Assembly (NCBI GenBank): GCA_016933055.1
Contig: JAFGBS010000004.1
Coordinates: forward strand, 180,001-212,000
Reading direction: 5' to 3'
From: Promethearchaeota archaeon
GTDB lineage: Archaea > Asgardarchaeota > Lokiarchaeia > Sigyniarchaeales > Promethearchaeaceae
DNA length: 32,000 bases
Shown: positions 10,246 through 19,037 of the stretch, piece after piece
Layout: every line of letters starts with the position of its first letter
Numbering within the stretch: the stretch's first letter is position 1
Position numbers and translations under genes: made by a program
Notes under the pieces: generated by a model
What the model was told of the DNA's origin: nothing
The model's database searches: none
The model's input: the letters and a program-made list of their open reading frames with translations, nothing else

Positions 10246-10860
10246 TCAATCTAATTCAAGGAAACCCTTATCATCTAAAATCTCGTCCAGATCACGACCA
10301 CGTTTCGGTTTTGTGCTCGTTTTCCCGTCAGAATACTGCTGATCTTCCACATCCTCATAGATATCGTCATCTAACCCATCTTCCAGCTCTTTTAGATCTA
10401 ATTTTTGATAAATATCTCTAGAGAGCCGAAAATATTCTTCGGATTGAGCTTTCCACTTTTGAGCGTTTTTCAGATCCTCGTCAAGATGATTTTCCTCATA
10501 TTCCTTAATAGCTTCATTAGAATTATCCATACAAATATCTGAAAGAATTTCATATACTAAAGCCAGCTCGCTAAAATTTTGTTTATCTTCCAACCTCTGT
10601 GCGCGTTTAATAAGTCGATTGTATTCTTGCCCTTTGAAATAGATGTCGATAAAATCTCCAAAAGCATCTACTGGTTCAGTTAATTGGGATGCTTCAACCT
10701 CCTGTTCTAATCCACAAAACCCACAAATAACTACAGCCTTGGATTTATCTTTTTCAATTCTGGTCTTAATCGTTTTATGACCGCAGTTGGGGCAATTGAA
10801 TACCCGAGGTAGTCGTCGTACTGGTTTATATACTACTTTCTTCCTTTTCCGTCTTCCCAT
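10246..10860 (-). CDS. elf1: Transcription elongation factor Elf1 with a ~125-aa C-terminal extension
   Basis: MGRRKRKK, FNCPNCGH...ICGFCGL and EPVDAFGDFID match the Elf1 zinc ribbon. A helical segment and an acidic tail follow. Confidence 0.9.
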   Translation of the reverse strand: MGRRKRKKVVYKPVRRLPRVFNCPNCGHKTIKTRIEKDKSKAVVICGFCGLEQEVEASQLTEPVDAFGDFIDIYFKGQEYNRLIKRAQRLEDKQNFSELALVYEILSDICMDNSNEAIKEYEENHLDEDLKNAQKWKAQSEEYFRLSRDIYQKLDLKELEDGLDDDIYEDVEDQQYSDGKTSTKPKRGRDLDEILDDKGFLELD

Positions 10861-11090
10861 ATAGTTCACTACTTAATTTATATCTCTTTAGAAAAAGGTA
10901 AATTTCTATAAAGCAAAATCCTCTATGCCAAATAAGCTTTACCTTTTATCCATTTTCACTCATTACCGAAAAATTTAAGTCCAATGCTTCTATTTGTTTA
11001 TAAATTAACTTCTGAGCATAAATTCTCGCTATTGCTCGTTCTTTCGAAATTAGTGTTAACCAACAGAATCAACAAAAGGAAAAATTGTAA

Positions 11091-12200
11091 ATGAAAGAAC
11101 ATAGTGGTATAGACTTGGAAATAGATAGATCAATGCTTGAATCAGTATTTGATGATCCTGTAATTCGATATATCCTTCTTCATATGTTTTTGGTAAGAAT
11201 GCACATATTTCAAAATTTAGAAGATGAAAGTATTGTTGAAGGATTTGAACGATTAGACCGAATCGGCAATCCTACTAGAAAGGATTTAGAACAATGCCTC
11301 CCTGAAGACGTAATAGAGGAATTATTTGTATATAATTTGGTTACAAACATTAGCAGTTATCTAGTGTATCAACAAAAACCATCAGATTTCCCAGTGAAAT
11401 TGGTCTCGAATGAAGTCTATATCGAAACTGATAAGATCATGTTTTCTGCGGAAGGGCTACTTCAGATTATCAAATCCAATTTTCCTATTGTCACATTAAA
11501 AAAGATTAATGATGGACTTAAAAAATTACGTTCTATCCCTTGTGAGAGTAGCAATACAATGCATTCACTAGTCCATAAGTACGATGAGGATTACGCTCTA
11601 GATGATGAATTGTACGACATCTTATTTCTCTTAGGTAATCCGTATTTATCTCTAAGATTAGAGCGGTTCGTGGTAGAAATCGAATTAAAAGCATCGGAAT
11701 TAGAAAATTCAATTGATAATTACCTAAAAATTTTCCATTCTGAGCTTTTAAGTTCAAAACATATTCAGAAAATAAAAAAGGCAGCTCATGACCCTGAAAT
11801 CTCAGATATTTTGGATTATATAATCACCAAATCAAGGAATTTACCCACAAAATTCAACCCCTCAGAGAAATCTGAAACCTACGTGGAATGGAAAATGATA
11901 CTATCGCAATTGTTGAGGATTAAATCAAGATCTTTTGAGATAAATTCGCAGATTGAAGAAATTAGGAACTTTTATTCGGGTAAAAATCAAAAAATGTCCT
12001 ATTTGTCATTTATTGAGCAATTAACTGAAAATGAAGAAAAAACTTCGACCTTCATTCGTGATTCTCTACTGGAGATCCGGGAAAAATTAAAGGAATCCAA
12101 TGAATTTATTCTCAGTCATAGCGAAAAGGAAATCAAGTTATTAAACTTGGATTTAGAACGAGAAGTTATAGAATTGGAAGAAGAGGATAAAGAGAATTGA
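11091..12200 (+). CDS. Hypothetical protein, putative winged-helix N-half and helical/coiled-coil C-half
   Basis: 369-aa ORF, first gene of the operon. Its stop overlaps the next start (TTGA). Domain call is inference only. Confidence 0.75.
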   Translation: MKEHSGIDLEIDRSMLESVFDDPVIRYILLHMFLVRMHIFQNLEDESIVEGFERLDRIGNPTRKDLEQCLPEDVIEELFVYNLVTNISSYLVYQQKPSDFPVKLVSNEVYIETDKIMFSAEGLLQIIKSNFPIVTLKKINDGLKKLRSIPCESSNTMHSLVHKYDEDYALDDELYDILFLLGNPYLSLRLERFVVEIELKASELENSIDNYLKIFHSELLSSKHIQKIKKAAHDPEISDILDYIITKSRNLPTKFNPSEKSETYVEWKMILSQLLRIKSRSFEINSQIEEIRNFYSGKNQKMSYLSFIEQLTENEEKTSTFIRDSLLEIREKLKESNEFILSHSEKEIKLLNLDLEREVIELEEEDKEN

Positions 12201-13126
12201 AGTGTCCAAATTGTAATACTGAATTACGACTATTAGTTCCGGGAATATTTGAATGTCCCAATTGTAAAACTATCATAAAGGAAAAAATAGAAGAAGAGGA
12301 GAAGCCAGAGGAACTTTCTATCACTTCTGGGGATTGGTTCATGAGAAATACCAAACTCAATAGTAAATATGAGATTTGCGAACAAGGTATAATTGTGCAT
12401 CAAACACCGAAGGACATGATTGCGATATTAATCTGTCATAGTCCGGATTTTCCGAATAGTAACTATATTCGATTATCTTGGTTTAGGGAAAAAGCACGGA
12501 TTCATTGGGGCATGATCAAAATTCGAGAAAAATCCGTCCTAAAAAATACAATTCAGGCATTGGAACGCATTGATAAAAATTTTGATAGCGATTTCGAGTG
12601 GGTAAACAAGGAAGAAGATGCCATGGATAACAATTTGAGCGATGAAGAGTTATTAATCTATACATTTACGGATAGAAAATGCCCCCAATGCGGAAAAACT
12701 TTGAAAAAACGGAAGAAATTCTATGAATGTGAAAATCAGATGTGTGGGGAATTATTTGTAATAGTTAATGGACGACCACTTTATAACTCCCCTTCAGAGA
12801 AACTACCATTGCGTTTCGTAAAGAATTTACCTATCAACTTTTATTTGCCAGTTGCAGGGATTACAACTAAAATGTTTGTTGGGGATTGGAAAGCCATTGC
12901 TGTAATATACAAGGAGTCCAATCCGGATCGAAAATGGTTGCGTTTTTATTGGTGGGTGAGAGATCTTCAACCATATTTAGAAAGTCAATTAACCATCGAT
13001 ATTGAAGCCAATAAATCCCTTTCATGGTCATCCCGAAAGGGAGTAAAATCTCCAAATATATATGATAAACGAATTATCAGGCCATTTATCGCTGGATTAA
13101 AGAAAATTGAAACAGTTTGGGAGTAA
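12197..13126 (+). CDS. Hypothetical protein with two zinc-ribbon + beta4-alpha repeats
   Basis: CPNC..CPNC and CPQC..CENQMC cysteine pairs, each followed by a similar domain (YIRLSWF...ALERI / WLRFYWW...GLKKI). Confidence 0.8.
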   Translation: MKCPNCNTELRLLVPGIFECPNCKTIIKEKIEEEEKPEELSITSGDWFMRNTKLNSKYEICEQGIIVHQTPKDMIAILICHSPDFPNSNYIRLSWFREKARIHWGMIKIREKSVLKNTIQALERIDKNFDSDFEWVNKEEDAMDNNLSDEELLIYTFTDRKCPQCGKTLKKRKKFYECENQMCGELFVIVNGRPLYNSPSEKLPLRFVKNLPINFYLPVAGITTKMFVGDWKAIAVIYKESNPDRKWLRFYWWVRDLQPYLESQLTIDIEANKSLSWSSRKGVKSPNIYDKRIIRPFIAGLKKIETVWE

Positions 13127-13128
13127 AT

Positions 13129-14250
13129 ATGGCAATTTCAGTGTGGAATGAAATTTTGGAAAAATTTCAAATTGGACTGACTGCATCCATAGAACACCTT
13201 AAAGAACGGGATATAGAAAATATTCCAGGTGCAAAGGAACGTCTGATAGAAAAATTTACTCAAATCCGGGATTATTTACCACGTAATAACGGGGAATTGC
13301 TTCTCTCAATGATAAACGATTCTATCCAAGCTCGTTTATTTCCAAACATAGAGGACATTGTACCAGCTTTCAATCAGATTCTTAATGCAAGGACTCCAGA
13401 GCAAGATTACATAATAAGTGAGCTTATTGACGGTTTTATTAGTTCCCAAGGGAAAACTCTATTTGGGGGAACTGATCGGAGGATAATTGATAACCTTGTG
13501 GAAGCTTTCAAAAAGAGAAGAGATTTTAAAATTGTTGATCACCAATTCTATGCGATGTTTGGTGATCCAAATAAACCTCGAAAATATGTACAAGAGAGGT
13601 TGGAAAAAATTGCGAAATTTCTGGGACTCCAAATGGAAATCCTTCATGTGGAACAAGATGTTCGGGATGGTAAACCCAAGGACTATAAGTTCTACTCATT
13701 TCCTGAAGAAATTACAACCATCCTCGAAGGAAAATATCTTCAAATTCAAGATAATGGTGAAAAAGTTATTACAGATGAATTTGATAAAATGGTGTTTATT
13801 AGTTATTTTTTAGCAACTCAATCCGTCAACCGCAAGAATTTAGATAAATATGCGGTAAATGGCATCTGTGCGATATTTGCTTTAATTTTATTATTAAGTT
13901 TCATGCCCAAATTAGAGGTAGATGAAACTAATCCCATTAATCGGGATGACCACTTCAATTCGCAAACAATGAGCATAATTCCTAAATCATGGTTAACCAA
14001 AGATATTTTGAGTGAATTAATGACACCTTTAGTTCAACTTATCGCATACCGAGTTGGGGGCATAAACTGGCTGGATAAAATTATCCTAACCGAAAAAAAT
14101 GTAAGTATCCATCTCCAAGCACAATTTTTATTAAAAGATGTCAATAAATGGGTGCTAGGAAATATGTGCAGAGTGGAAATTCCCATCTTTGTTGAAATAT
14201 CGAACATCTTCAGTGAGATTATCATTGGAACAGAGCGGGGTGAGGAATGA
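13129..14250 (+). CDS. Hypothetical protein, possibly with a tandem winged-helix (KITE/MAGE-like) core
   Basis: Long ORF; ATG at 13129 follows GGAG. Its stop overlaps the next ATG (ATGA). Fold call is speculative. Confidence 0.75.
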   Translation: MAISVWNEILEKFQIGLTASIEHLKERDIENIPGAKERLIEKFTQIRDYLPRNNGELLLSMINDSIQARLFPNIEDIVPAFNQILNARTPEQDYIISELIDGFISSQGKTLFGGTDRRIIDNLVEAFKKRRDFKIVDHQFYAMFGDPNKPRKYVQERLEKIAKFLGLQMEILHVEQDVRDGKPKDYKFYSFPEEITTILEGKYLQIQDNGEKVITDEFDKMVFISYFLATQSVNRKNLDKYAVNGICAIFALILLLSFMPKLEVDETNPINRDDHFNSQTMSIIPKSWLTKDILSELMTPLVQLIAYRVGGINWLDKIILTEKNVSIHLQAQFLLKDVNKWVLGNMCRVEIPIFVEISNIFSEIIIGTERGEE

Positions 14251-15494
14251 TGGTTCGTGAATCGTGGATGGAAATTTATCCTTATTATCAAAACTACATA
14301 CAAAATATGCTTCCATTATTCGAGCAGTCCTTAAAATTTGTACAAGATCTTCAAACTGAACAAATAAGTGAAAATACTTTTATAATGGAATATCTGGCAA
14401 AGGAAGAAAAAAGATCCGTGGGAAAAGTGAAAGCGATTTCGGAATTTAGTGCTTTATATCGTAGGGATATTTTTTCTCGAATATGGGATCGCATTGAAGA
14501 ACTGAAAGTTAGCACGGATTTAGAAGAAATTCGTGACTTAATTATTGATGATTTTGAAGAAGCTATCGAATTTTTGGATTTTTTGGGCTCTCTTACCACA
14601 CCTGATCAAACTCAATATGAATCCACTAACCTGTATCAAATTGTTAATTTCATTCAAGAGCAAATCTTTCCCAAAAGGACTTCCTTGCAAGAGGTATATG
14701 ATCATTTAATTGAGAAATCTTTACAATACTATGAGATACAAAGACATTTATTAATGCCTACCTCTTCTTATCGAGAAAAAGACGAAGGATTTGAGACTCC
14801 CGCCTTACATTCTAATCATTATAAACTAATCAACGAAATCACGTCTTTATTTAATTTGGATCCAAATTACTTGGAATCGCCAAAAGATCCAAATCTTGAA
14901 ATTCCCGTTATTCTAAAGGATGAAATTTTCCTCCCTTTTATTGATTCCATAGCTAGCAACGAATCAATTAATCTTAATCATATTTTGAAGAGGATGGAAT
15001 TACAATTAATCCATAATATCTTTATTGGACCAACCATGCAATTGATTCGTCTAGGAGAACCTCATAATTATTTTAGGAGGGAATCTAGCTCAGAGACTAA
15101 AGAGCGAATAATCCCTCAGCTTAGTAATGAAACCTTGGTGCTCATGTATCTAGCGAAAATTTCCTACAAACGAGGTTTTATATCAAAAGAATTGATAAAC
15201 TGGATTAGTTCAATAGTAGCCGTACTAGTGTATAATGGCACTTTATTCACCTTCATGTCGGAGGAAAATATATTTTATACAATTTTTACCGATCTAAAAA
15301 CTGAAGAAAAAATTCTTCCTTATATGATGAAACTTATTTGTTTTGACAAATATTTGGGGATAGATCGGACAAAAATTCGAGATTCCGTCCAATATCGAAA
15401 AGAAATCTTTGGTGCGATTGGTTCTCAAATCATTCACATGAAAAAACTGATCGAGGAAGTGTCAAACTATATTTTTAGTATACTCGAAGAATAG
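14247..15494 (+). CDS. Hypothetical all-alpha protein
   Basis: 415-aa ORF with GGTGAGG upstream, coupled on both sides. No motif recognised. Confidence 0.75.
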   Translation: MMVRESWMEIYPYYQNYIQNMLPLFEQSLKFVQDLQTEQISENTFIMEYLAKEEKRSVGKVKAISEFSALYRRDIFSRIWDRIEELKVSTDLEEIRDLIIDDFEEAIEFLDFLGSLTTPDQTQYESTNLYQIVNFIQEQIFPKRTSLQEVYDHLIEKSLQYYEIQRHLLMPTSSYREKDEGFETPALHSNHYKLINEITSLFNLDPNYLESPKDPNLEIPVILKDEIFLPFIDSIASNESINLNHILKRMELQLIHNIFIGPTMQLIRLGEPHNYFRRESSSETKERIIPQLSNETLVLMYLAKISYKRGFISKELINWISSIVAVLVYNGTLFTFMSEENIFYTIFTDLKTEEKILPYMMKLICFDKYLGIDRTKIRDSVQYRKEIFGAIGSQIIHMKKLIEEVSNYIFSILEE

Positions 15495-15503
15495 GTGATA
15501 ATA

Positions 15504-16562
15504 ATGGTCTTTACAGAAGCAGAAATACGTAAAAGAATGCAGAAATATGGAACGGTATATTTTCCTAAAGATATTCGTGACAAAGACGAAGATCTAATTG
15601 GAATTGAGCGAAATAAAGAAATTCTGGAGGACTTCTTCAGTTCTTTAGAGAAATACAAGGAATACGCAATTAAATTACAAGAAGTCAGAATCACTCCCTC
15701 CATTACCGTTCTTTTATATGGACCGCCTGGAACTGGAAAAACATCTTTAACTCGTGCACTTGCAAAAAAATATGACGTTCCCATGTGCATCGTAGATGCT
15801 GACAAATTAGTGTCCCCCTTATTGGGAGATACTCTAAAAAATATGCGAAACGTTTTTGAACTTGCAGCAGAAATAGCAAAAGAAAATCGAGTATTTTTAC
15901 TATTTTTTGATGAATTAGATGCAATCGCTTCCGAACGATCAAATGTCCATGAGGTAGGTGAAATTAAACGAGGAGTGATATCTTTTCTACAGATAATTGA
16001 TAGAATCGATTATGAAGGCATTCCATTAGCGATTTTTGGAGCAACTAATCATCAGAATCAGCTAGATTCCGCGGTATGGAGGAGATTTACTTATCACATT
16101 TGGTTTGGATTTCCTAATCTTAGTGTTAGAAAAGAAATCATCATAAAATTTCTGCATAGATTAGAAAAAGCTCCTATAGAAGTGGAATCATCAATATATC
16201 GTCGTTTAGAAAATGAAGAAAAACAATTACTCATAAAATTCGAAGAAATGAAGAAAAAATCCCGTAATTTAACACTATTGGATTTTGAGGACAAGCAAAA
16301 AAGTGAAACTGGACTATTAAGTATAACTCGGGGATATACTGGTGCTGACATAGAACGAGCTATTCGAGTTTCCTTGTTAAAAGCCATTCAAAAAGAAATT
16401 TTGGAATATCAAGATTTAATTTATGCTATGCAATTTGTTGGAGGAACTCGATCTCACGTAGAACAACAATCAAAATTATCAGGAGAAGGAACAGAGAATC
16501 CAAGTGCAAAAAAAATGACCAGTTCAACGGCTTCAACAAGCAAGAAACCTAGAGAAATATAA
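15504..16562 (+). CDS. Single-domain classical AAA+ ATPase
   Basis: Walker A GPPGTGKT (15720-15743), Walker B LLFFDELD, SRH ATNHQNQLDSAVWRRF and GYTGADIE. ATG 15504 follows AGGTGA; the track start is GTG 15495. Confidence 0.93.
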   Translation: MVFTEAEIRKRMQKYGTVYFPKDIRDKDEDLIGIERNKEILEDFFSSLEKYKEYAIKLQEVRITPSITVLLYGPPGTGKTSLTRALAKKYDVPMCIVDADKLVSPLLGDTLKNMRNVFELAAEIAKENRVFLLFFDELDAIASERSNVHEVGEIKRGVISFLQIIDRIDYEGIPLAIFGATNHQNQLDSAVWRRFTYHIWFGFPNLSVRKEIIIKFLHRLEKAPIEVESSIYRRLENEEKQLLIKFEEMKKKSRNLTLLDFEDKQKSETGLLSITRGYTGADIERAIRVSLLKAIQKEILEYQDLIYAMQFVGGTRSHVEQQSKLSGEGTENPSAKKMTSSTASTSKKPREI

Positions 16563-16573
16563 GGTTTCCCAAA

Positions 16574-17371
16574 ATGACACGACTACAATCTTTGCGAAAA
16601 ATACTTGCATTTTTGAATGCACAGAAAATTGATCTCTTGGTTTTATATGATCAAATTAAGCAATCTTTTACAATGATTCCAGAAGACTTTCTTACTAATA
16701 AAATTCAGTCCCATTTTTCAAGAGAATTTCAAAATATAGAAAATGTTCTTGTATCATGCGAAAATATTATTGAATTTTGGAATATGATTCATTATTTATC
16801 AGGCGGTTTGAGATTTCAAAATTTTCAGGAAAAAATCCAAACTAAGGATGGAACTTTACGGGTAAATCTACAAGCAGTAGGGTTCTCAATTCTGAGGTCC
16901 CATAAGTCAAAGTCATTCGGAAGTTATCAATCTCTCCAATCCTTATCTTGGGAACAATGGAGAGATATTTTATCCTTATTACAGTCAGACTCGTCTATTA
17001 AAATGTCTGCAAGAAGGTCTCGAGATATAGCTAAACATAAATATGAAACCGAAGTTACACAACATTTAAAAGCTATTTTAAAAGAGAATCCTGAACTCTC
17101 TGATGAAGATAAGCAGGAATTTTCTACCTTGTACCGGAGAACCAGAGTCTCTTTAGAAGAATTCCTCCAATCAAAATATAATACACTTCATAAGTCTTTA
17201 CCCATTTCAACTCGTTTGCCAAAATCCGTTGATGATGACTCTGAAAACAATTTTGATGGATATGCTACTTATTTAGAGGCAGATGAAAGGGAAATAGCAC
17301 GGATGAAAAGAACTGGGGAGTATTCAGTTGGAAAACGTGGGAAAAAGAGAAAAAGGAGCAATGCATCATGA
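16574..17371 (+). CDS. Hypothetical protein with a basic C-terminal tail
   Basis: 265-aa ORF ending GKRGKKRKRSNAS. Its stop overlaps the next ATG (ATGA). Confidence 0.72.
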   Translation: MTRLQSLRKILAFLNAQKIDLLVLYDQIKQSFTMIPEDFLTNKIQSHFSREFQNIENVLVSCENIIEFWNMIHYLSGGLRFQNFQEKIQTKDGTLRVNLQAVGFSILRSHKSKSFGSYQSLQSLSWEQWRDILSLLQSDSSIKMSARRSRDIAKHKYETEVTQHLKAILKENPELSDEDKQEFSTLYRRTRVSLEEFLQSKYNTLHKSLPISTRLPKSVDDDSENNFDGYATYLEADEREIARMKRTGEYSVGKRGKKRKRSNAS

Positions 17372-18987
17372 ATGTATCGACACCACCTCCATCCGTTGCG
17401 ATCTGGATTATCCAAGGGGAAAACTCCAAGAAAATCATCTCTCAATTTCCCTCCTCAGTCAATTGGATAAATTGGACAGACAAAAAAATTGTAAAGAACC
17501 ATGAAATATACGGTAAAAATTTCTTGAGTTTAATAAAAAATCTTACAGAACACCAAATCCTTAATAATCCCCTTCACTACGAAATGAATCATATCTTTGA
17601 AGGGATCCACCAAACCCAATCTATTATCCAAAAATTACCACTGTTTCTTGAACATCTACGGAATTATGATCTATTTTTTGAATTCATTAGAATCTATAAC
17701 AGAAGAATCGATTTAGAACAAGAATTACGTTGGGCAAAAGTATTAGAATCTAAATCCAAGGCATCTGTAGAAATGAAACGAATTTCTAAACTCAATGAAG
17801 AGATTACGGATTTAGAAAAAAGTAAGGCACGTATAGAACCCCGATATGAATTCTTAAAAAAAATTCTAGAAGAACACCAAACTACCTTGAACATGCTAAA
17901 AGAAGAAATTCAAAAAATCACTTCAATTTATATAACTAAGACAAGAAAGATTAACAAACTCAAGAGATTTATAGATAATGAAAAAACCAAGAGTGATATT
18001 TATAGGGACAAGATTGAGGAGTTAACTACAAAATTCTCAGTGGAAGAACAGGAAGATAATCAAGATTATAAACGCTTGTTAAATAAGCAAAAAACTGTAG
18101 ATTCTAATATTGAGAAGAAGAACAAAATTATTCAAGATCTTTCAAGAGAAATTCAAGCTAGTAAATCTTTATTGAAACAAAAAAAAGACGATCTTACTAA
18201 AATAAAACGAAAATATGAAAATTCTTATTCTAAATACACGGAAGTTAATCAATCCTACACGGACATTATAAAAAATCTAAAAGAAAAGAAAAAAGAAAGA
18301 GACATTATAACCCACCATCAAACAGAAGAGATTTCACCTTCGAATGGTAAAATAGCACCAAGTAATATCCGTTTTTCTTCCCTAATCGAGAATGATCTTA
18401 AAGAGAATTCGATCCAATTAATGAAATTCATAAATTTAGAGGAAACAACTCCTAAAAAGTACTATGATCAAGTCTTAGAAGATCTGAAGTATCCAACAAG
18501 CCATGTAAAAGATTTGACTATCCCAATAATTCCGATATCTGAAAATATACTTAAGGAAATCCATAATCTTTGGATAGCAATTGAAAAATCGCTAAATTCG
18601 TTACTGGCTTTCATAAAAGTGCAAATTATTCTATCCCAATTCCCAATTTATTTCGATGCCAAAGAAATTAATCCGAATTATGGAATTTCCTTTGACATTT
18701 TAAAAAATGATAAACCTATTGTCCTTGATAAATTGCCAACAGAAGAAAAATTATACTTTATGTGGTCATTTGAATTTGTCTTAAACGAATTAGCAGGCAT
18801 GAAAGTTCATCTTTACAGTGATGAAAACTACCAATTTAAACGAAGCAAAAAACTTCTCGAACGGATCATTCAACTTGTGCAAAAAGGAATAGTTACACAA
18901 CATAAGAGCATTAAAATTGTGATCCTTTTATCCAAACCAGTTCTGGAAGCTAAAAACCAAAAAGATATCGTTATCACCACTATTTAA
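17368..18987 (+). CDS. SMC/Rad50-like coiled-coil protein with a degenerate ABC head
   Basis: About 200 aa of K/E-rich heptad coil. The C-terminal GISFDIL..LDKLPTEEK..F..L...VHLYSDE..IVILLS parallels the SMC head C-lobe. Coiled coil seen directly; SMC relationship inferred. Confidence 0.65.
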   Translation: MNVSTPPPSVAIWIIQGENSKKIISQFPSSVNWINWTDKKIVKNHEIYGKNFLSLIKNLTEHQILNNPLHYEMNHIFEGIHQTQSIIQKLPLFLEHLRNYDLFFEFIRIYNRRIDLEQELRWAKVLESKSKASVEMKRISKLNEEITDLEKSKARIEPRYEFLKKILEEHQTTLNMLKEEIQKITSIYITKTRKINKLKRFIDNEKTKSDIYRDKIEELTTKFSVEEQEDNQDYKRLLNKQKTVDSNIEKKNKIIQDLSREIQASKSLLKQKKDDLTKIKRKYENSYSKYTEVNQSYTDIIKNLKEKKKERDIITHHQTEEISPSNGKIAPSNIRFSSLIENDLKENSIQLMKFINLEETTPKKYYDQVLEDLKYPTSHVKDLTIPIIPISENILKEIHNLWIAIEKSLNSLLAFIKVQIILSQFPIYFDAKEINPNYGISFDILKNDKPIVLDKLPTEEKLYFMWSFEFVLNELAGMKVHLYSDENYQFKRSKKLLERIIQLVQKGIVTQHKSIKIVILLSKPVLEAKNQKDIVITTI

Positions 18988-19037
18988 TATCAAAACCAAA
19001 AAAAAAACCAATAACAAACCTAAATAAGGACAACTAC

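Noticed and set aside
15504-16562. Assignment of the AAA+ ATPase as Vps4/CdvC or Pch2/TRIP13
   Set aside because: There is no MIT domain or aromatic pore loop and no ESCRT-III genes. The SRH is ATN..RRF rather than the Pch2 TSN..DR type, and no HORMA protein was recognised.
16793-16810. LSGG in the 265-aa protein as a split ABC signature
   Set aside because: No Walker B follows, and a four-residue match is expected by chance.
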